The notes beneath the pieces were generated by a model. That model had not been told where the DNA came from, made no database searches, and saw only the letters and a list, made by a program, of their open reading frames with translations. A program made the position numbers and the translations under genes. A stretch of DNA of 64,000 nucleotides from assembly GCA_048939015.1 (NCBI GenBank), contig JBHLPW010000001.1, forward strand, positions 64,001-128,000. Reading direction: 5' to 3'. Each line of letters begins with the position of its first letter. Positions within the stretch are counted from its first letter, which is position 1. The DNA is from Promethearchaeota archaeon (GTDB lineage Archaea; Asgardarchaeota; Lokiarchaeia; Sigyniarchaeales; SOKP01). Shown here one piece after another: positions 48,466 through 58,345 of the stretch.

Positions 48466-49230
48466 ATGGTAAGAATTGTTGAAGTAAATGAAAAAAATAT
48501 TGATGAACAAGAATTATTTTGTAAAAAAACCAAAAAAAAATTCCCAGGGTATCAAAATAAAGTTACATGGATGAAAGAAAGGTTCAAAGAAGGATTAAAG
48601 TATAAAGTTCTTTATGTTAAGGAAGGAAATAAGGAAACATCACGAGGGATGATTGAATATATTCCTGGAGAATATAATTGGCGTGGAATTCAAGCTGATG
48701 GGTGGATGGTTATACATTGCATTTGGGTTGTTGGAAAAGCTAAAGGGAAAGGATATGGAGACAAGCTATTAAAGATAGCAATTGAAGATGCAGAAAAGCT
48801 GGGAATGTACGGGATTGTAGCAATGTCCGCAGAGAAAGGAGGATGGCTCCCAAAGAAGAAGCTACTTTTAAATAATGAATTCGAAAAAGTGGATGAAATA
48901 GAACCATATTTTACATTATATGCTAAATATTTTAATATAGATGCCCCAAAACCAAAATTTAGCCCTTTAGATAAGAATAAGCAAAATGAATATTCAGAAG
49001 GAGTTACAATTGTTTATACTGATCAATGTCCGTATATCACTGATCTTGTGGAAGAGACGAAGGATATTGATAAAAAAGGAAGATTTAACGCTATTAAAGT
49101 TAATGAATGTAAAGGAGCGCAAGAAAATGGATTGTATCCCTATGGTACCTACTGTATTATATGCGATGGAGATATAGCTCTGTATCAGCATTCTACTAAA
49201 AAAACTATTACTTCCATTTTAAATCGGTAA
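48466..49230 (+). CDS. GNAT acetyltransferase with YoaP-like C-terminal domain
   Basis: GMIEYIPGE, IHCIWV, KGKGYGDKLL, YTDQCPY. Confidence 0.85.
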   Translation: MVRIVEVNEKNIDEQELFCKKTKKKFPGYQNKVTWMKERFKEGLKYKVLYVKEGNKETSRGMIEYIPGEYNWRGIQADGWMVIHCIWVVGKAKGKGYGDKLLKIAIEDAEKLGMYGIVAMSAEKGGWLPKKKLLLNNEFEKVDEIEPYFTLYAKYFNIDAPKPKFSPLDKNKQNEYSEGVTIVYTDQCPYITDLVEETKDIDKKGRFNAIKVNECKGAQENGLYPYGTYCIICDGDIALYQHSTKKTITSILNR

Positions 49231-49269
49231 ATGATACACTATTATTTAATTTTAAAAAAAAAAAGAAAG

Positions 49270-49704
49270 TTATTTTATTTTATTTCTATCAACCACTTTA
49301 AGTTCTAAAACTATTTGCCCCCAACCACCACATTTTAATCCCACATCAAAACAGCTTGTTCGATTGAAAAGCATTTCATTTGGATCCGCCCCAATGTAAT
49401 ATAACTCATTAACAGAATGAATTAATTTATCCAATTCTGAAATTGCATAAATACAAATCTTTTTAGGACATAAATTCGTTAATAAATTTCCAGCTCCATC
49501 AAAATAAAATTTATCTCCAACTTTGTGTTGGCTATTACATCCGTGAGATTCTACAACCTCTACAATAATAGTTTTCCCTAACAATGGTGATGATTTTGAC
49601 AGAACCTTAATATTTCGAGGACTATCAAGAAATATGCTTAGTTCATCATCATTATATCCAAAATGTTCTTTCATATTTTCTTTCATTTCTTCACTAATTT
49701 TCAA
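49270..49704 (-). CDS. TIGR04076-like Cys-containing protein
   Basis: VEVVESHGCNSQHKVGDKF, ICIYA, CFDVG...GQIVLEL. Confidence 0.65.
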   Translation of the reverse strand: MKISEEMKENMKEHFGYNDDELSIFLDSPRNIKVLSKSSPLLGKTIIVEVVESHGCNSQHKVGDKFYFDGAGNLLTNLCPKKICIYAISELDKLIHSVNELYYIGADPNEMLFNRTSCFDVGLKCGGWGQIVLELKVVDRNKIK

Positions 49705-49720
49705 AAAAAATCACCTATTC

Positions 49721-50218
49721 CTATTCCTTAAAATAAAAAGTATAATCTCTAACACATTCACCTTTATCATACATTAAACATCCATTTAATGCCGGAGTTA
49801 CATTATAGTCGATTTTTAAAGCTTCAAACCAACCTTCAATTCTAGAATATATAGCGCACTGATAATTTTCAATTACACCCATTCGCGTAATACCATCATA
49901 TGCCCAGCATTTGCTCATTTCGCAGCGAATCTTGTTTTTTTCAGGAAAAGTAAATCTGAATTCCATAAAATCAGCTTTAAACACTTCCATTGCTTTATTC
50001 ATGATATTTTGGAGATCAGCAAATTTTTCAATTTTTTCAAATTCAAATAATTTCTGAATTCTTTTGATTTCAATTTTTGACATGGATTTTACAGCCGCTT
50101 TATTAATTTTGTTCGTTTTCTCTATACCGCATTCCTGTAGGCAATGAAAAAACCACATACCATCATGTGTCATCCAACACTTAATCAAAAGTTCCTTTAA
50201 ATCATGATTTTGAATCAA
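49721..50218 (-). CDS. DUF6125-like (V4R/HNOB-like ligand-binding fold) protein
   Basis: WMTHDGMWF, C-terminal Cys pattern CW...C...GC...C. Confidence 0.7.
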   Translation of the reverse strand: MIQNHDLKELLIKCWMTHDGMWFFHCLQECGIEKTNKINKAAVKSMSKIEIKRIQKLFEFEKIEKFADLQNIMNKAMEVFKADFMEFRFTFPEKNKIRCEMSKCWAYDGITRMGVIENYQCAIYSRIEGWFEALKIDYNVTPALNGCLMYDKGECVRDYTFYFKE

Positions 50219-50231
50219 ATTTGTAATTCAC

Positions 50232-51332
50232 CTACTTTTTATTAGTTTGAGCTAATTTTGCTTTTGCATTCATAATTTCTATATAAGTAGTTTTTGTATT
50301 TACAGGTGGTATTGTCTCTTTTATATTTTTTTCTAGTCTTATCGCGCTTTCGGGACAAGTAGAAACACAAAGCCCACATCCTATACACCTATCAAGATCA
50401 ACCTCACTTGTTCCATTAGTTATAGAAATTGCGTCCATATTGCATCGTCCCTCACATACTCCACATCCACTACATAATTCACTTTCGATAAAGGCATGAA
50501 AATTTGATGCAAATAGTCTAGCGGGATTATTAAAACGTTTTTGATTTGTTAATACTTCACAACAACACCCACAACAATTGCATATTACAAAAGGTCTTTG
50601 AGAATTAGAGGGTTGTGGAACTAATCCCGCTTCTTCAAAATCTTCTATTAATTTATGAGCCTCTTCTTTTGATATTAGTTCAGCATCTCCCTTCTCATGG
50701 AACATCTTAGCTGCTGAACCAAAAGTCATACAAGTTTTTCTAAGTTTTGTCTTTTTGCATGGATCATCAATCATATCATGTGCTTTGCGACAGATACAGT
50801 CCATAATGCCAATTTCACTTGCCATATTTATTATATCTCTGATCTTATCATAGGATGCAATATCTAAATTAATAGGAACAGATTCTTCGATAGGTATAGT
50901 ACGAAGTTGAGGGATTCCTGGAACGTTATATTCTTTTTTAAAATAAGCTTCTTCAAAATACTGGAAAACATTACTAACCAATTCAGGAGTAAGACGCCCT
51001 AATTGGAACTCATAAATCCCTGGAACAAATGGAGCCAATAAAAAAAACTTCTCACCGTTATTTTCTGCTCTTATTATAGTACCTTTTTCATACATCTTTT
51101 CTAATTTTTTATCTAATTCTTTCAACGATATACTATTATTCCTTATCCTACGGTGAATTTTCTTAAGTTCTTGAGGATTAAAATTCAGTTTCATCGCTAA
51201 TTCAGCTTCTTCTATAGTAAATAATTGCTGTAATAATTCAAATTCAACTCCAGAATGTGTTTTTGGGAGCCCTACAGGCATTTTATTAAAATGATCCAAT
51301 AAATCGTAATATACTCTTTCGATTTCACTCAT
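50232..51332 (-). CDS. 4Fe-4S dicluster protein with Cys-rich central domain, paralog 3
   Basis: NKMPVGLP, LFTIEEA, CICR, CNCCGCCC, two ferredoxin motifs. Confidence 0.85.
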   Translation of the reverse strand: MSEIERVYYDLLDHFNKMPVGLPKTHSGVEFELLQQLFTIEEAELAMKLNFNPQELKKIHRRIRNNSISLKELDKKLEKMYEKGTIIRAENNGEKFFLLAPFVPGIYEFQLGRLTPELVSNVFQYFEEAYFKKEYNVPGIPQLRTIPIEESVPINLDIASYDKIRDIINMASEIGIMDCICRKAHDMIDDPCKKTKLRKTCMTFGSAAKMFHEKGDAELISKEEAHKLIEDFEEAGLVPQPSNSQRPFVICNCCGCCCEVLTNQKRFNNPARLFASNFHAFIESELCSGCGVCEGRCNMDAISITNGTSEVDLDRCIGCGLCVSTCPESAIRLEKNIKETIPPVNTKTTYIEIMNAKAKLAQTNKK

Positions 51333-51431
51333 TTGGTATTCACCATTTTATGAGTGATAAAAATATTCTCCTTATAATGGTTTATCGATCAAAAACAACT
51401 AGATTTAAGTTGTAATTAGTATTGATGCATA

Positions 51432-52337
51432 ATGATGTCTGATTACTTACTAGAAGATTTAAAAATTTTCTTGAATGATGCAAATCTCACTACATATGAA
51501 ATAAATGCATATCTAGTGCTTCTAACGTCTTCAAAAGCAAATCCTCCTTCTGCTAGACAAGTATCTTCACAATCTGCTGTACCAAGTGGTAGAATTTATG
51601 AAGTTTTAGAAGAGTTAAAGATCAAAGGTTTAATAGATATAATTGAGTCGCGTCCGAAAAAGTATAGAGCTTTCTCTTTAAATAAAGGCTTAGATAATTT
51701 AATCAAGTTTCAATCCATACAAAGCAAAAGAAAAATTGATTATTTGCATAATAAAGCGAAATTACTAGAAAATGAATTATATAATTCTGAAGTTTTGATA
51801 CAAAAAGAACCATCGAAGATATTTTGGTCGACTACATTTGGGACAAAATCAATTCTTTCTTTATATGTTAAACATATAAATGAAGCAAAGCAAGAAATAA
51901 TATTCAATGAATTCATAAACAAAAATACAGTAAAAGTAATACCTTTTGGAAAAATGATTTATGAGCCTTTACGAAAGTCAGTTGACCGAGGAGTTAATGT
52001 AAAAGATTTATGGTCTTTTGAGTATGATGAACGTCCACTTACTAAAGAAGAAAAAGATCAAAATATTAGCATTTTCAAAGAGATAATTAAAATACAGGAA
52101 GATCTGTATGATTTATCACCAAATTTACCAGGATTTCAAATGAAATATACCTTTCATAGAGCTCCAACATATTTTGATATTATAGATAAAAAAAGAGTGA
52201 TTTTTAAACTACAAAATCCCTTGAAACCTTTTCAAATCTTTGCTTGTATGAATGTTGTTGATCCCGGGTTAGCTGAAGAATTAAGAAATAAATTTCTAAG
52301 TATGTGGACATTTGAGGCAATAGAAATAAAAGAATAA
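51432..52337 (+). CDS. TrmB-family transcriptional regulator
   Basis: LTTYEINAYLVL, VPSGRIYEVLEELKIKGLI, RPKKYRA. Confidence 0.92.
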   Translation: MMSDYLLEDLKIFLNDANLTTYEINAYLVLLTSSKANPPSARQVSSQSAVPSGRIYEVLEELKIKGLIDIIESRPKKYRAFSLNKGLDNLIKFQSIQSKRKIDYLHNKAKLLENELYNSEVLIQKEPSKIFWSTTFGTKSILSLYVKHINEAKQEIIFNEFINKNTVKVIPFGKMIYEPLRKSVDRGVNVKDLWSFEYDERPLTKEEKDQNISIFKEIIKIQEDLYDLSPNLPGFQMKYTFHRAPTYFDIIDKKRVIFKLQNPLKPFQIFACMNVVDPGLAEELRNKFLSMWTFEAIEIKE

Positions 52338-52353
52338 AATCTTAGAAAAAAAA

Positions 52354-53016
52354 TTATCTATCTCTAGGAATCATTACTTGAGTGGTCTTCGGAGTGTGTT
52401 TTTTAATAAAATCAATGCTCTCTTTTTCTTCTTCAATCCAATGTATAGGGAATAAAATCTTTGGTTTAAATATTTTTACAGCTTCGACTACCTCATTAGG
52501 ACTCATCATATAAGGTTCTCTAACAGTAAGGAATGCAATGTCAATATTTTTTAAAGTTTTCATCTCCGGAGTAAGACCAGAATCTCCTCCATGATAAATT
52601 CGAAAGTTATTAAATTCAATAACATAACCAAGCCATCCTGCGGATTCAGGGTGGGCTACTGTGGAATAAGCAGGAAGAGCATCAATCTTAACATTATTTA
52701 ATTTCAATGATTCACCTGATTTTATTACATATATATTAAAGTCATGATTATGATTCAACAATTCTTCTTTACAATCTATAGGGCATACAATAATTGTTGT
52801 AGGTTTGACTAATTTTTCCAATGTTTTGACTGAAAAGTGGTCATCATGCGAATGACTTATCAGTATAAGGTCTGCTTTAATCTCCATACTTTTTTCTGTT
52901 AGATTAGCCGGATCAAAGTAGATTACACTTTGGTTATGAATTCTTATGCATGCACCACCATAAATATGCGTGCTTTCCAACCATTCAATTTTGTTTAGGA
53001 ATTCAGTTAAATCCAT
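52354..53016 (-). CDS. Metallo-beta-lactamase-fold hydrolase
   Basis: YFDP, SHSHDDHF, YHGGD, PIHW. Confidence 0.9.
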   Translation of the reverse strand: MDLTEFLNKIEWLESTHIYGGACIRIHNQSVIYFDPANLTEKSMEIKADLILISHSHDDHFSVKTLEKLVKPTTIIVCPIDCKEELLNHNHDFNIYVIKSGESLKLNNVKIDALPAYSTVAHPESAGWLGYVIEFNNFRIYHGGDSGLTPEMKTLKNIDIAFLTVREPYMMSPNEVVEAVKIFKPKILFPIHWIEEEKESIDFIKKHTPKTTQVMIPRDR

Positions 53017-53179
53017 GAGGTTTTAGATGATTATCTCTTTTTAAATTTTATTTACTAAATTTAAAAGAGTTTAAATAATAAAAAGAAGGTAAATATTGAA
53101 AATTATAAATATATTTTTTGATATCATCTCTTTTGCATTTTCTTCAGAAACTCAGATAAAAGCATATAATTGAAACCTA

Positions 53180-53755
53180 TTATTTTATTGTTCCAAACGT
53201 TTCTAGTACTTTTTGACCCACTTCGTAAGCTTTTTTCATTATATTGCTTTTTTCACGTACTGCACCACGTTTACCTACTCCTGGAGCTAATATAGTGTCT
53301 ACTAATTGCATATCCAAATAGTTTAAAACATCTGTAAGGATACCAATTGTATGACGTGCATATTTTGGATGTCCTCCTTCAAATGGAATGACAAGAATAA
53401 TTTGCTTGCCTTTAAATTCTTGATGTTTAGGACAATACCATCTGTCTAAAAATAATTTAAACTGTGCTGTTGGACCCCACCAGTATATGGGAGTACCTAG
53501 AACCCAGATATCGCTTAGCATCATTTTTTCCAGTAGTTCAAGCATATCATCATTATGTATACAATTACCTGTTTTATAACAACTATTACAAGCTTGACAT
53601 GGATTAATATTTAATTTATTCAATATAACTTTTTTAATTAAAGCTCCAGCTTTTTCTGCTCCTGATAAAACTTCATCTACTAAAATCTCGGTATTACCCC
53701 CTTTCCGTGGACTACCCACGATTCCTAAGACTTGACTCTTTGTTAATTCTACCAT
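53180..53755 (-). CDS. Iron-sulfur flavoprotein / flavodoxin family
   Basis: GSPRKGGNT, CQACNSC...C..NDDM, GTPIYW. Confidence 0.92.
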   Translation of the reverse strand: MVELTKSQVLGIVGSPRKGGNTEILVDEVLSGAEKAGALIKKVILNKLNINPCQACNSCYKTGNCIHNDDMLELLEKMMLSDIWVLGTPIYWWGPTAQFKLFLDRWYCPKHQEFKGKQIILVIPFEGGHPKYARHTIGILTDVLNYLDMQLVDTILAPGVGKRGAVREKSNIMKKAYEVGQKVLETFGTIK

Positions 53756-53885
53756 TTTGAAAATAGATAATTAATATGTTCTTTGGTTAATATATTATCC
53801 TCTCTTTTATCAATTTTATTAACAAAATGATAAAGAGATGATAATTAAAAAAAAAGTTATAATTATTATTTAAATAGAAGTCAGA

Positions 53886-54293
53886 TTAATCATATCTTTT
53901 ATAAGTAAACACTAGCCAGAAAAATCCTAATACTCCAATTATAAAAGCAATTAAGATGATGTAGTTGATCCAATTTGTCCACCATTCGGTACCGCCCCAT
54001 GTTAACATTATTGATAACGTCTGAACAGCCATAACACTTAATACAACTAAGCCCATTCCCATAGCATATTCCTCTTCACGAAACATGCCAATGCCTGAGA
54101 TTAAACACCAAAATCCAAGAACGATAGAAACTAAACCTGAAGATCCGAGAATAGCAGGAATGGATATAGCAAATCCTACATCAATCCCTAGCCACGCTAA
54201 GATATTAATTAGACCCATTAAGACGAAAAGGCCACCGATGATTATCATCAAGATGTTTAATAATTCATTTGAATCTTTTTTTTTCTCACTCAT
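53886..54293 (-). CDS. 4-TM membrane protein
   Basis: Four hydrophobic helices. Confidence 0.75.
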   Translation of the reverse strand: MSEKKKDSNELLNILMIIIGGLFVLMGLINILAWLGIDVGFAISIPAILGSSGLVSIVLGFWCLISGIGMFREEEYAMGMGLVVLSVMAVQTLSIMLTWGGTEWWTNWINYIILIAFIIGVLGFFWLVFTYKRYD

Positions 54294-54438
54294 TTTTAAT
54301 TCGACCTTACTTATTTTTAAGTTAATTTGAATGTTGAAGATGAATAGATGAAGTTTATATATAAACTTATTTCATTTATTTTATGAAAAAATAAATCAAA
54401 TATTACTTCATTTGATAATTAAATTTAGTAAGTAATTT

Positions 54439-54813
54439 TTAATCTATATTTTTCTTCCTTGCGATCAAATACGCAATCAGAAAGATTATAAGTGTTATAC
54501 CTGAAAGAATCCAGAAATATGTATAGAATATATTAATAATCATTATACCTAAGACAACTGGTATCGCTGTTAGAAGTAATATATCTTTTCGTTCAATAGG
54601 TTTTCGATCTGCCCATATAAGAAGAATTGTCCATCCTAACATTAAAAATGCTCCTGTTCCTGTCTGATATTTATAGGAGATATCTGTGCTTACATTCGGC
54701 ATTGAAATAGAAAATTCAAATAATACAGAAAGGATCATATCAAGGAAAACCAAAAAATCCAAGATTGCTCCATACCAATAAGTAAATCTAATATATAATA
54801 GTTTTATGTCCAT
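54439..54813 (-). CDS. Small membrane protein
   Basis: Hydrophobic helices; LMLGWTILLIWADRKPIERK; AGGTGG SD upstream. Confidence 0.75.
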   Translation of the reverse strand: MDIKLLYIRFTYWYGAILDFLVFLDMILSVLFEFSISMPNVSTDISYKYQTGTGAFLMLGWTILLIWADRKPIERKDILLLTAIPVVLGIMIINIFYTYFWILSGITLIIFLIAYLIARKKNID

Positions 54814-54909
54814 AAACTAGCCACCTTTGTAAATTTAGGATTATATATATAATTTGTATGAATAAAAAGAACTAAAAGATATTTATATTTTGAAATAATA
54901 AGAAAAAAA

Positions 54910-55683
54910 TTATTTGTTTGGTTTTATTGCGGAAAATGTATGAAATCCTCCCACTTTCCTTTGTTCTCGGATTTTAAATCCATGTTTATTAATTAAATCA
55001 ATCCAATATTTATATTTTTTAAAGACTAGACAAAAAATTCCACAATATGAAATAAGTTGCCAGGAACCACGGTTCCATTCTCCAATTTGTAAGAAACCTC
55101 CTGGTCTTAATACCCTATATGCTTCATCTAATGCTTTATCAGGTCCATCCACCATATGAAGTTCATGGAGTACGGAAGAAAAATAAACAATATCAAACAT
55201 TTCATTATCAAAAGGTATATCGATTGCAGAGCCGTATTGAAAAGTTGTTTTATCGTCAACTCTTTCCAAGCGTGCATTTTTTTGAATAGTTTCTAACGCG
55301 TTTCCTCCAATCGCAGCTTTATTATAAATATCAATTCCATAAAGATGGCCTCCATTCTTTAGAGATTTAGCTATTTTAATTGCATGACGTCCTGTTCCGC
55401 AACCAACATCTAAAATCTTGGGAGATTTAATAGATATTGAGGGGTTATTCTCCAATAGCTTCAATTTCCTGTAATTAAGGATTATATTCATCATAGCCAT
55501 TCCAAAACCAGGCCATAAAAATAACAGTATAATTACAATTCCTGATATTATTAGAATTGAATTTAATAAACCACTTATGAAAAATCCATAAATAAAAGTA
55601 ATCAATCCAAGTATACCTAGCACATTAAATCCAATAACTAGATTCTTCACGTACCATCCATATTTCGGTTTTTCTTCTTTCAA
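54910..55683 (-). CDS. Membrane-anchored class I SAM-dependent methyltransferase
   Basis: Two N-terminal TMs; ILDVGCGTG, IPFDNEMFD, RVLRPGG. Confidence 0.92.
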   Translation of the reverse strand: MKEEKPKYGWYVKNLVIGFNVLGILGLITFIYGFFISGLLNSILIISGIVIILLFLWPGFGMAMMNIILNYRKLKLLENNPSISIKSPKILDVGCGTGRHAIKIAKSLKNGGHLYGIDIYNKAAIGGNALETIQKNARLERVDDKTTFQYGSAIDIPFDNEMFDIVYFSSVLHELHMVDGPDKALDEAYRVLRPGGFLQIGEWNRGSWQLISYCGIFCLVFKKYKYWIDLINKHGFKIREQRKVGGFHTFSAIKPNK

Positions 55684-55716
55684 GTTTAATTACCTTGATT
55701 TTAAATTATTTGTTAC

Positions 55717-55773
55717 TTGTGACTAAGTGTCGTGACTATTTAAATGTTTTTGTGTCATGACTATTAGTCACAA
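55717..55773. promoter_or_regulatory. Inverted pair of TGAC-N5-GTC sites flanking a TATA box (candidate TrmB-family operator)
   Basis: ttgtgactaagtgtcgtgac versus reverse complement of gtcatgactattagtcacaa: 17/20 identical; tttaaat lies between them. Confidence 0.7.
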
Positions 55774-55806
55774 CTCTTTTATATTTGAAATCCTATTTAT
55801 TAATTA

Positions 55807-56682
55807 ATGACAGCCAAAAAAACTGAAGATTTCATAAAAGCTTTAGAAATAGCAGGACTAACTCATGATGAAGCTTTGTTATATTTTGCTCTTATACAAC
55901 ATGGTAAAAAGGGAACATATATTAAAGATTTAACTGACCATATTGATATAAAAAGAACAACAATATACTCTATTGTTAATAGACTTCATGAAAAAGGTTA
56001 TGTAAGAGAAAATCCTAATTATGAGGGACCTAAAGGTGCGAAAATGTATGCTGCTATAAGTCCCGAGTTATTTATAAATAGAATAGTCAATAATAAGAGA
56101 ATTGAACTCGAAAAACTTGATAAAATTAAAAAGGAAGTAATAAATCAATTAGAAACAATATATTTAGAGAGCTTAGAATTTTCTTTAGATGAAATTGATG
56201 ATTTTTTAAAACCATATTTAGCTCCTCTCTATGATAAAGGCTGGAAGGTGATCGAACATTTAGTAGAAAAAAGTAAGATCACATATGGATTCGAAGCTTA
56301 TGATACTACTCTCTTAGTTCCAGCTGCTAAACTTGTAAAAGATGCTGGATTTATAGTGACTAAATACAACAGAGATGTTGAAAATGATGTAAATATTTTA
56401 AACTATATGTATGATATGCTTTCAAGAAAAGGTAAAGAAGAAATTTTAGATAAAGGTATCGGAGTAGTGGATGTTAAATTAATAGAAAGTGATATTGAGC
56501 TTAAAGGCAAAAAATTTAAGGGCCATTTACCTAAATTTAAATTTGAGCACACAAATGAGTTTGTCCAACTAACTGAAAGCGTAATGATTCCAATTAAGGA
56601 TAAAATCTTTTTCTTATGGGCAGAAAATCATAATATAATCGAGGAATTAGCTAATGTAATATTTAATATTGAAGAGGATTAA
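55807..56682 (+). CDS. TrmB-type winged-helix regulator with unrecognised C-terminal domain
   Basis: GLTHDEALLYFALI, IKRTTIYSIVNRLHEKGYV, YAAISPE. Confidence 0.82.
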   Translation: MTAKKTEDFIKALEIAGLTHDEALLYFALIQHGKKGTYIKDLTDHIDIKRTTIYSIVNRLHEKGYVRENPNYEGPKGAKMYAAISPELFINRIVNNKRIELEKLDKIKKEVINQLETIYLESLEFSLDEIDDFLKPYLAPLYDKGWKVIEHLVEKSKITYGFEAYDTTLLVPAAKLVKDAGFIVTKYNRDVENDVNILNYMYDMLSRKGKEEILDKGIGVVDVKLIESDIELKGKKFKGHLPKFKFEHTNEFVQLTESVMIPIKDKIFFLWAENHNIIEELANVIFNIEED

Positions 56683-56688
56683 CATGAT

Positions 56689-57036
56689 CTATTTTAAATT
56701 AATAGTAAGTTTCTCCATATTGAGCTTCCATACTTTTTCTGGAGCCCTCTTACTTTCACTAGGTCTGTAATCTGACTCAATAATCCCGACACTTTCTAAT
56801 TCTCTAAGATGATAATATAAAGATGGTTTCTTTAAATCCTTAAAATCTCCTTTCCCACACATTCCATGACACTGATTATTTCCATTATTATTCTCACTTA
56901 CACTTTTAAGATGGTTAAAAATTTCATCTGAGGATTTTGGACCATCTCCTAAAATGTCTATTATAACCCATCGAATGGGACAATGTAAAGCCTTAATATA
57001 AGTCTCTATATTTTCAAGATCTATTTCTTTTGTCAT
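56689..57036 (-). CDS. ArsR-family regulator with CHGMC insertion
   Basis: IKALHCPIRWVII, SLYYHLRELESVGII; insert NNNGNNQCHGMCGKG within the HTH. Confidence 0.85.
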   Translation of the reverse strand: MTKEIDLENIETYIKALHCPIRWVIIDILGDGPKSSDEIFNHLKSVSENNNGNNQCHGMCGKGDFKDLKKPSLYYHLRELESVGIIESDYRPSESKRAPEKVWKLNMEKLTINLK

Positions 57037-57184
57037 ATCCTTAAACCATCAAATTCTTATAATATAAAGATTCTAGAAATATTTAAATATATGGTTTGAT
57101 TAGTTTAATCTATCATTTAACTAATTAAATATATAATAAAAAACTTAATAATTTTTTTAAAAAAAAAAAATAAGAGGTAAAAAA

Positions 57185-57346
57185 ATGAAATTAAAAGAAA
57201 CTGAAGAATGTGCATGTGATAAACCTAACATTAAAGAAAAGCATCCACAAGGGTGTACATTAAACCAAATAATTAAATGTCATGGAGATCAACCAATTAA
57301 TGAGATTTTAAAGCATATTCAATTAGATGATGAAGAAAATAAATGA
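57185..57346 (+). CDS. 53-aa Cys/His-rich micro-protein (missed by ORF track)
   Basis: Hand translation: MKLKETEECACDKPNIKEKHPQGCTLNQIIKCHGDQPINEILKHIQLDDEENK; GAGGT SD upstream; stop overlaps the SD of the next gene. Confidence 0.8.
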   Translation: MKLKETEECACDKPNIKEKHPQGCTLNQIIKCHGDQPINEILKHIQLDDEENK

Positions 57347-57355
57347 GGTAAATTT

Positions 57356-58345
57356 ATGAGCGCAATAAAAGTTAGTAATCTATCGAAACATTTTAAACCT
57401 CCTAAAAGAAGCAAACCAGGGAAAATGGAATCAAACGGTCCGAAACAAAAAATGAATATGATACGAGCTGTGGATGATATTAGTTTTGAAGTTAAGAAAG
57501 GTGAAATTTTTGGATTTTTGGGACCAAATGGTGCAGGAAAAACAACTACAATCAGAATGATGACAGGCGTATTAAAACCTACAACTGGAAATGTGTCTAT
57601 ATTCGAGCATGATGTATGGAGAGATCAAATTCTAGTTAAAGAGATAACTGGAAATGTTCCTGAGGAAGCAAATGTATATTTTGATATGTCAGGGTTGCAG
57701 AATTTAATGTTTATTGGAGAAATTTATGGAGTTCCTAAAAAAGATCGTCAAGAACGAGCAGAAGCTCTACTTAAGAAATTTGAAATATATGAGAAACGCA
57801 ATTTGAAAGCAATGAAATATTCAAAGGGAATGAAACAACGTTTATTATTATGTATGGCGTTGATGAGTAATCCAGAGATATTATTTCTAGATGAACCAAC
57901 AAGTGGATTGGATGTACAGTCTTCTCGTATAATTAAACAACTAATTAGAGAATATAATGAAAAAGGGGTGACAATCTTTCTTACGACCCATGATATGGAA
58001 GTTGCAAATGAATTATGCCATAGAATTGCAATTATAAATCATGGTAGAATCATCAGTTTGGATACTCCTGAGAACTTGAAAATATTAACTCAAGAATATA
58101 AAGCAATCGATTTTTATTTAGCAAGTGGAGTAACTAAAGGAAAAGTTGAAGATTTAAGCACAATAAAAGAAGTTGAAGAAGTAAGAGAAGGCTTTCACGT
58201 AATTGTGGAGGACATTCATGAAAGTATATGTGAAATTGTTGATTTTATCAAAAAGAATCATCTAGTAATAAAGCAACTGAATACCCATGAACCAAAATTA
58301 GAAGATGCATTTTTAAAAATCATAGAAAGAGGTGGTCGAAATTAA
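57356..58345 (+). CDS. ABC transporter ATP-binding protein (DrrA-like exporter)
   Basis: GPNGAGKTT, YSKGMKQR, LFLDEPTSGLD, LTTH. Confidence 0.96.
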   Translation: MSAIKVSNLSKHFKPPKRSKPGKMESNGPKQKMNMIRAVDDISFEVKKGEIFGFLGPNGAGKTTTIRMMTGVLKPTTGNVSIFEHDVWRDQILVKEITGNVPEEANVYFDMSGLQNLMFIGEIYGVPKKDRQERAEALLKKFEIYEKRNLKAMKYSKGMKQRLLLCMALMSNPEILFLDEPTSGLDVQSSRIIKQLIREYNEKGVTIFLTTHDMEVANELCHRIAIINHGRIISLDTPENLKILTQEYKAIDFYLASGVTKGKVEDLSTIKEVEEVREGFHVIVEDIHESICEIVDFIKKNHLVIKQLNTHEPKLEDAFLKIIERGGRN

